64,000 nt of DNA from contig BCGN01000002.1 of the NCBI GenBank assembly GCA_001599295.1, positions 1,736,001 through 1,800,000 on the forward strand, in the 5' to 3' direction. This document shows, one piece after another, positions 56,441-64,000 of the stretch; the first letter of the stretch is position 1; each line of letters starts with the position of its first letter. Source of the stretch: Sporopachydermia quercuum. Lineage: Eukaryota. The translations under genes and the position numbers were made by a program. The notes beneath the pieces are model-generated. The model searched no databases. It was not told the DNA's origin and worked only from the letters and a program-made list of their open reading frames with translations.

Positions 56441-57920
56441 CGACCCCTAGTTCAAACAATAGAGCGGGCGAATTGTCAAAGAATAAAATGTTAGTAAAGA
56501 TGTGCTAGGATGTTTGTAACAAAAGATGGTATCAAAAGATTATTACATTATGGTATAGTCCTCCATCTCCTTCATGGTTATTAGAGCTGATGATTCAACT
56601 TTGAACCATCTGTAGGAGATCTCCGGCTGTCAATTGAGTTAAGCTTCCGATGTACCGTATATTTATTTTTCCGGCTGCATGAGGTACATAGAATTGCTAA
56701 TGGGAAGAGAGACTGATAATACTGCAGGAACGTGAAGGCATTCAATTAAATAATGTTTATGTAAAGAATAACGATAATATTGTGTGAATTAGTATAAAGT
56801 AAAGTGTTTTCAATTACATGCCAGATCACTATCACCAGACTACTTTTCACTGGTATTCAGAATTTCAAAATATTAAACTTCAACAGGTCATCATGCACTA
56901 TGCTGCACAGTTAATTTGGCACACTGTGATGCAGCAACACGCGCTAGATAGTGTGGGTGAGATCCCCGGCTTGAATAAGAAAGAGGATAATTGAAGAATA
57001 AATAGTAGAATAAAAGTCAGATGTGCTATGATAGCANTAAAAAAAGATACTCATCCCTATAATGATTAAATCATACCATTGATCATTTACCAACTGCAGC
57101 TATCTCTCATGCTGCAGTTCCCATTCTGATGACAGATGCTTATATCCAACGGCNTCTCGTATCTCCTTTTAAGTTCCAGCAAAGATTTCCACATCCTAAC
57201 CCCCTACAAATAAGCAGCCACTTCATACTAAATCACCAGTTTACTCAACATGAAATCCACCTTATTTATCCCACTCAGTGTTTCTGAGCAACTTACTTCT
57301 TACTCTCAGCTCCAATCCAAACAACCTCTTTCTGCACTCTTCCTGCACAGTTAAGCAGCCATGTTTAGAAACAGATTAAAGTTCGCTTTATTCCTGAACT
57401 CTACTCATCCCACTTCCAACACAAACATCCATTGTGTCTCGTACCGCCTAGCATACCATTCGGTTTTATTTGCCTTGTTTCCCATTGTTGTAGTATTATC
57501 AGGGATGAACTATTGTTTTGTACTCTATTTGTATAAAAAATTTAAAGCAGCTGTTGATAATTGATACATTTGTTGATATAGTAGTTGCTACGTGCTTTTA
57601 TTTCTTTTTGAATATCATTTTGCCTGTAAATACTCAACCATAGATAGATAGCTAGAAGATAGATCTTATTCTGGTGGTACAAGCAATTCATCCATCGACA
57701 ATTTGATTGATTGATTGTTTGTTTAATTGCTTGATTGTTTGACAGATTTGATTCTTTATTTATCTACAAACAGGCCAAATAGTACTTTTGCTATTCAACG
57801 ATTAGGACCATTCAAAGTGCATTTACTTGGCTTCCTGCAATTGTCAATTGAGCCATTCTTTCTGGTTCTTCATCAGATCACTTCCTGCACATAGCTCATT
57901 CTACATAATCCACATTCACC

Positions 57921-60900
57921 ATGGCTTCCCCAATCATCGAACCCAATAAAAAGTCATCAGGGCCTTCGTTTTCCTTAGACGATCCTTTGAGTCCTGGGAT
58001 GATTTCTACTCCGAGCTTGCCTGACCAAACAGCACAAGAAGCTATAGTCGACTCGGTATCCTTCGCTTCGTTTGTCACAACCAGTGAGGACACCTACGAA
58101 GCCAGTTTGAAGTTCTATATTGATATCTTAGGATTCAGATTGACCCGTGATATGTCAGTGGAATCTCTAGCGAGATCATCTGCTTACACCTCAAAGGGAC
58201 TACCTTTCTTTGATGCTACCACTGGAGTCGCTCTTGACTCCTTTAAAGAAGCATGGCTTGAAGCTTACCCTTTAAGTGAGCTTGATTCCGATGGAGTCAG
58301 AAAACCCAGACAGGAATCTCTGGGAAACAGCTCTGAAGGTGCTACTGTTAAGATAAGACTTGTGAAGCCTGATTTTGGGGAGCATCCCAATGAATCAGCT
58401 GTTGCTTCTAAAGCTTCATTGGATAGTATTCCCAGTTCCAGTATAGTTTTTTTCTCATCTGAAATCAATGAATTGAAAGACCGTTTGACTAAATCAAACA
58501 CCAAATTCATTACCAGTAGCGATGTTGTTTATGCTATTGACCCAATGAAGAACATTCTTGGTTTTACTCATTATCCTACACCAGATTCAAGTGCTATTGA
58601 TGATCCTGGTTACTTCCTAGCAGAGGTGCCTCCACCGAAGGTTAGACCTTCAATAGCCCCACCGGGATTTGGTGCTAAAGGAGGCTCTAGAAGGAAACGT
58701 ATTGGTGTAATGACATCCGGAGGTGACTCTCCTGGTATGAATGCTGCTGTACGTGCAGTAGTTCGAGCAGGAATCTTCAAAGGCTGTGATGTCTATGCTA
58801 TCTATGAAGGATATCAAGGTCTTGTTGAAGGATTTGATTATATGAAGAAAATGGCTTGGGAAGACGTCCGCGGATGGCTTTCTCTTGGCGGTACATTGAT
58901 TGGTACAGCTCGTTGTAAGGAGTTCCGTGAACGCAGCGGTAGATTACAAGCTGCTCGTAATATGGTTCTTAAGGGTATTGATGCTTTGATTGTATGTGGC
59001 GGTGATGGATCTCTTACAGGAGCTGATTTATTCAGAGCAGAATGGCCCAGTCTATTGAAGGAACTAGTAGAAACTGGTGAACTGGATGACTCTCAAGTGG
59101 TAGGCTATAAAGCACTGACCATTGTTGGTCTGGTAGGCTCAATTGATAACGATATGGCTTGTACAGACGCTACTATTGGGGCATACTCTTCCTTAGAAAG
59201 GATCTGCGAGATGGTGGATTATATTGATTCCACGGCATCTTCACACTCTAGAGCCTTTGTCGTCGAAGTCATGGGCCGTCACTGCGGCTGGTTAGGTCTC
59301 ATGGCTGGTATTGCTACTGGTGCGGATTATATATTCATTCCTGAACGACCCCCAGATGTTAAAACATGGAAAAAGGAACTTATGGCTGTTTGCCAAAGAC
59401 ATCGAGAAAAGGGCAAACGGAAAACTATCGTGATTGTCGCCGAAGGAGCCATTGATCAAGATCTTAATCCTATTGGGGTAGAGCAAGTGAAACAAGTGCT
59501 AGTGGAGTTGGGATTAGATACTAGAATTACAACTTTGGGACATGTCCAACGAGGTGGCCCAGCCTGTGCTTATGACAGATTATTAGCTACATTACAAGGT
59601 GTAGAAGCAGTTAACGCCGTGCTGGATTCTACCCCAGAAACACCTTCTCCAATGATTGGAGTGGTAGAGAACAAAATATGCCGCCATGCTCTAGTAGAAG
59701 CTGTGGCATTGACAAAATCCGTTGCAACAGCAATCGAAGCTAAAGACTTCGACAAGGCAATGTCCTTGAGAGATTCGGAATTCGGCGAAGCTTATGAAAA
59801 CTTCCTTTCCATAGCGCTGCGCGACGACGGCTCAAACGTGTTACCAGAGGACCAAAGATTACGTATAGCCTTGATTCATATCGGTGCCCCAGCAGGAGGC
59901 TTTAACGCAGCTAGTAGAGCTGCCACGTTGTACTCGTTATCAAAGGGGCATCGTGTGTTCGCCATTCAGAACGGTTTTACAGGTTTGGTCCGACATGATT
60001 CCGTGAAAGAGTTACATTGGATCGACGTCGAAGATTGGGCAACCAAGGGTGGATCAGAAATCGGAACCAATAGACATCTACCTACTATTGATCTTGGAAC
60101 AGTTGCTTTTTATTTCCAAAAGTATAAATTCGATGGATTGATCATTATTGGAGGTTTTGAAGCTTTCCATTCGCTGTATGAATTGGCCCTTGCCAGAGAC
60201 CAGTATCCTGTGTTCAGATTACCAATGGTTTGTCTGCCAGCTACAATTTCCAACAATGTTCCCGGCACTGAATATTCTCTAGGTTCAGACACATGTTTGA
60301 ACTCCTTAGTGAGCTATTGCGATGTGATCAAACAGTCCGCCTCAGCAACCAGAAAGCGAGTGTTTGTCGTTGAAGTCCAAGGTGGACATTCAGGTTATGT
60401 AGCATCCTACGCAGGATTGGTAACTGGAGCTTTGGCTGTATACACACCAGAAAACAATATTAACTTGCAAACGTTGCAAGAAGACATTGAACTTTTGAGA
60501 GATAACTATTTGAAGGACCAAGGTGAAAACAGAGCAGGAAAGCTGTTAATCCGTAACGAAGAAGCATCTGATGTGTTCTCAACGGAACTCATTGCCAATA
60601 TCATTATGGAAGCTGGGGAAGGCAAATTTGAGAGCAGAACAGCAACCCCAGGGCACGTTCAACAGGGAAACATTCCATCCTCAATGGATCGTATACGGGC
60701 TACAAGACTTGCAGTTAGATGCTGTGAATTTATTGAAACCTGGAACCAGAAAATCAACTCATTTTTCAACCAAGAACAATTGGATGGCGACAAATCGTTG
60801 AAATTGCGATATAAACATGGTAAACTAATAACGACGGGTACTGTCGAAGCATTCGAAGAAGGAAACTCTTTATCTGTAGGAGTAGCATCTAATGTTCCTA

Positions 60901-61226
60901 GCGCATTGTCTGGATACGCATCTACTGCAATGACCCCTAGTATTTCTATTAAGAGCAACGGAAACAATGGCAATGGAGGCACCAGTATAAGTACGAATGG
61001 TATCACAGGATTGAGCGGTAAAGAGGCAATTGCATCACTGGATCCGGAAACAGCTGCTATTATTGGTATCGAAGGATTGAGAATCAAGTTCCGAGACATC
61101 TTCAGTTTGTTTGAACAGGAAACTGATATTGAATTACGGAAAGGAACGAAGATTCACTGGGAGAATTTATTAGAAATTGGAGATATGCTTAGTGGAAGAC
61201 TCAGACTTCGACGAATGAGAGAATAA
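57921..61226 (+). CDS. PFK1: ATP-dependent 6-phosphofructokinase, alpha subunit
   Basis: Yeast N-terminal glyoxalase-like extension; VMTSGGDSPGMNAAVRAVVR, GGDGS, GSIDND, VEVMGRHCG, LGHVQRGG, PATISNNVPGT, VVEVQGGHSGY, PGHVQQG; linkage with LSC2/SDA1 favours alpha. Confidence 0.93.
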   Translation: MASPIIEPNKKSSGPSFSLDDPLSPGMISTPSLPDQTAQEAIVDSVSFASFVTTSEDTYEASLKFYIDILGFRLTRDMSVESLARSSAYTSKGLPFFDATTGVALDSFKEAWLEAYPLSELDSDGVRKPRQESLGNSSEGATVKIRLVKPDFGEHPNESAVASKASLDSIPSSSIVFFSSEINELKDRLTKSNTKFITSSDVVYAIDPMKNILGFTHYPTPDSSAIDDPGYFLAEVPPPKVRPSIAPPGFGAKGGSRRKRIGVMTSGGDSPGMNAAVRAVVRAGIFKGCDVYAIYEGYQGLVEGFDYMKKMAWEDVRGWLSLGGTLIGTARCKEFRERSGRLQAARNMVLKGIDALIVCGGDGSLTGADLFRAEWPSLLKELVETGELDDSQVVGYKALTIVGLVGSIDNDMACTDATIGAYSSLERICEMVDYIDSTASSHSRAFVVEVMGRHCGWLGLMAGIATGADYIFIPERPPDVKTWKKELMAVCQRHREKGKRKTIVIVAEGAIDQDLNPIGVEQVKQVLVELGLDTRITTLGHVQRGGPACAYDRLLATLQGVEAVNAVLDSTPETPSPMIGVVENKICRHALVEAVALTKSVATAIEAKDFDKAMSLRDSEFGEAYENFLSIALRDDGSNVLPEDQRLRIALIHIGAPAGGFNAASRAATLYSLSKGHRVFAIQNGFTGLVRHDSVKELHWIDVEDWATKGGSEIGTNRHLPTIDLGTVAFYFQKYKFDGLIIIGGFEAFHSLYELALARDQYPVFRLPMVCLPATISNNVPGTEYSLGSDTCLNSLVSYCDVIKQSASATRKRVFVVEVQGGHSGYVASYAGLVTGALAVYTPENNINLQTLQEDIELLRDNYLKDQGENRAGKLLIRNEEASDVFSTELIANIIMEAGEGKFESRTATPGHVQQGNIPSSMDRIRATRLAVRCCEFIETWNQKINSFFNQEQLDGDKSLKLRYKHGKLITTGTVEAFEEGNSLSVGVASNVPSALSGYASTAMTPSISIKSNGNNGNGGTSISTNGITGLSGKEAIASLDPETAAIIGIEGLRIKFRDIFSLFEQETDIELRKGTKIHWENLLEIGDMLSGRLRLRRMRE

Positions 61227-63559
61227 GGCTCGATTGCATTCTTGGTGGCTGAAAATCTAAAGGCAAGTGCAACATTATAGAAGATGCCAGTTCAATGCAA
61301 TATTAAGATAGTGATAGCGCGCTGGGCACAAGTTTCTGATCAAGAACTTTTTTTATTTTGCAAAGGATTTTATATGACTAAAATTGTTATTTATTATGTT
61401 ATATGATGAACAATAACTTAAGTACTGTAGCAAGTGTAGTGGATAATATGGAAAAAGAATTACAGAGGTAAGGAAGCGAACATGTCACTGCGTTTTGATG
61501 CAAAGATGACGAATATTTTGAAGCTTTCGATGCTCTGTCTGATGATGATGGCTTAATTGACAGCCTCGATCATTACATTGGTATAATTACATATGTACTT
61601 AATCTGTGAGCAGTAATATATTTCTATAGAATAGGAATATTATCGAGACTAGTAATCAAGGATGCCAAATTATCATTCTAGCGGAGAATAATTAGAGAAA
61701 GAATACTGTAAAAGGGGCAAAGTTTGCATAATTAGGGTTTTCTACAGGTTGAGTTAACCTTTAAGCTTTCTTAAAGCGGTTTGAATTACCAAGTTTAATT
61801 TAAAGGTTCAACTCTATTTTGAAGAATAAGGCATTCTATCATTTTAATGCTCGTAAGGCTGTAAACGTAAGGATCATTGAATAGAACATAAAATACTGCA
61901 TAAAAGGGCCGTACTATAATATTATTGAAGCAAAGAACAGATAAATGTGTGGAGAAAGATTATTTAGGCAAAGAACAATATCAATTTGAGACTGTTTGCT
62001 ATCTGTTTGTTTCAGATAAGTTTTGAGTACGATGAGCTATGTGGCGCAGAAAAGTAATTGCAAAAGAGTGTCGTCTATGCCAAAGTATATACGACGACGT
62101 ATAAGCAAAAGGTTTGATAATTTTTTATTGAAACCACTTCTACGTTGAAATGTTGTTGAAATGAATAGTGTAAAGTCAATGGGTATAATATGTGTAACAA
62201 CAATGTGGTATCACCACTCAACAGTGTACGGGAAACAGCATACTCAATTCGGAACATGATCCGCTGGCAATTGGCGGTTCAGATAGTAGTTAGATTGCTA
62301 GCAATGTCCATGGTAATCTAGGCTTCTAAATTTATGGAAGTTAGTTAATTTTGACTGCAGAAAGGTAGGTAAAATAGTAAAATGTTCCGACTGTTAAGAG
62401 AATATGTTAAATGTCAGAATTGTAATTTAAAGTTTGACTCTGATTAAAACAAAAATAGGGTTCTGAGGTAAAATAGGCTGTCTGTATTCTTTACTGTGAC
62501 AAAAAGTCTTTTGTATTCCTTGCATGAGATTATTTTTCATTTGTACTGAACCATAATAATTCTGTACATTATCATGTCAGAGGACACTTTCAGAGTTGCA
62601 GACATCACTACATTAATTTGCACATGCTTTATACAGGCAGCCAAAGAAAATATTATTCTCATTTGCTTCCCTGCAGGATATGATCATCTACTGAAAACCA
62701 AAATAGAAAATCTAGAAAATCTCAACCAGCTAAGAGCTAATGAACGAGCTAACTAGTTGTCTATTCGGAATTGGTGTTGGGGCTTCCATAAGAATAACGA
62801 ATGAAAGCTGAACAGAAAGAGATACTTATATGAATCACGGGTTAATATATAGCAAGAAGGAGCTAATACATATAATGCACTAGATATCTATTCACTCTTT
62901 CCTCGTCTTAATTAATTGTCAGAATGGGTAGCTAGGACCACAATAGAACACTTAACATTAGGAAGGCACGGGTACCATAATTCTAGAAACATAGATAAAG
63001 AACCTAGAAACAACTTTTGTCATATGTCTTTCAAGGGGAATGAGGGTTCAGTCTTCTTCCAAATATATACAGTAGCATTCGATCAATTGATACGTATCGT
63101 TCCTTCTTTCAGAACGTCAATTTCGATCTACTAATAATTATAATTATTGCCAGACATTCATCGGAAATAAAGTTTACTTCCCTACGTACTAAATTTTTTA
63201 GTAGTTTCACTTTATTTGGATAACCGATTGAAACCGCTTTGGCAATATGAACTCAAACTGGGATCATGCTAACTGAAAATTTTAGTCAAAGAATCAAGTA
63301 AAAGTAAACATAATGGTCATGTGACTCTGTTAAATAGGATGTAAAACTTCAAATAGTTCCCAAAGAATGAAAGTATATAAAATCATATATGGAAATAATA
63401 TGCAGCGAAATACCTAATATGGGTTAAAATTCAAACCAGTGGCAACTTTAATGCGGCGTTTCACTTGCATGAGTACATTAAAAACATAGTTTAATATGTC
63501 ATTAAAAACCTTCATAAGGTTTAACTTTTCAAGCCTTACAACTTACAGAGGAACGCATC

Positions 63560-63581
63560 TTTTTTTTTTTTTTTTTTTTTT
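63560..63581. repeat. Poly(dT) tract of about 22 nt, likely part of the promoter of a gene beyond the window
   Basis: Uninterrupted T run; RRPE-like GAAAAATTT nearby (about 63622-63630). Confidence 0.7.
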
Positions 63582-64000
63582 AATTTAGAGTACAATGAAG
63601 ATGTTCAGAAATCTGCGGGAAGAAAAATTTGAAAGCCGAAGATTGTATGAATAAAAAATATTACTAAAATAATTGTTTACCCAAACACCTACCAAGTTGG
63701 ATTGTTGGCGGAGGAAAATTGTTCAGTTTGAAAAATTATTTGCTATTTGCTCTCGTTAAACCTTTGTTCGATACTTTTCAAAAGCCAACTGTATAATATA
63801 TATACGAGGGAGCTATGTGACCAGGTATTACAAAAACTAACGGCATCATCTTCGGTCTGTTTTTATTCAAGTATACTAGGGTCCTTAGGTATTGTAAAAC
63901 CAGTAATTAAAGTAAAAAACTTGGGGCAGATTTTGTAGGTTTGATTTTTTTCTTCCCTCAGTTAGATAAATCCTAAGTTGGCTGTTTCATTGATTTTGAA

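Noticed and set aside
3335..57154. Scattered single N bases as frameshifts or pseudogene lesions
   Set aside because: Reading frames continue across them; most likely ambiguous or heterozygous substitutions
6270..61226. CUG codon reassignment (Ser or Ala)
   Set aside because: CTG occurs at conserved Leu sites (PDE1 HAHLDH, PNO1 DHLKLQ, SDA1 AAVLPT, PFK1 IVGLVGS), so the standard code applies
302..61226. Stop-codon readthrough yielding cryptic peroxisomal isoforms
   Set aside because: None of the TGA stops I checked has the TGA-CTA context, and no SKL-type extension was seen
63560..63581. Retroposon poly(A) tail
   Set aside because: No target-site duplication or adjacent element sequence; more likely a promoter poly(dA:dT) tract
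332..63938. Short antisense, nested and intergenic ORFs in the six-frame track
   Set aside because: They are shadows of real CDSs (e.g. Ser-rich antisense of acidic regions) or AT-rich random ORFs, often with non-ATG starts

Overview
Gene-dense, AT-rich nuclear DNA from a budding yeast (Saccharomycotina), apparently an intron-rich lineage. CTG sits at conserved Leu positions, so the code is standard. I find 24 protein-coding genes: NmrA-like, YMR31/KGD4, PRE4, PDE1, RET2, RMR1, a palmitoyl-protein thioesterase, UTP30, KTR2/YUR1-like, RPB4, RPS11, TDP1, a Kelch-BTB protein, ELG1, SNG1, PNO1, NOP19-like, LSC2, MTG2, CMK, SDA1, DBP8, BRE2 and PFK1. Ten of them carry 14 spliceosomal introns, which I reconstructed by hand. 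There is also one dispersed 5S rRNA gene. No transposase, tRNA or CRISPR array was recognised, and no multi-gene novel system is evident. The best leads are regulatory or RNA-level: PDE1 has no usable AUG (UUG where Met is expected, behind a uORF and an AUG-free leader); a 109-bp element with perfect 20-bp inverted ends and five CGG sites lies upstream of SNG1; an H/ACA-like structured RNA candidate lies between YMR31 and PRE4; the 590-nt LSC2 intron has end-to-end pairing and cryptic micro-exons; Elg1 has a duplicated motif; and a perfect 32-bp palindrome lies upstream of BRE2. Gene names come from recalled motifs and synteny, not from database searches.
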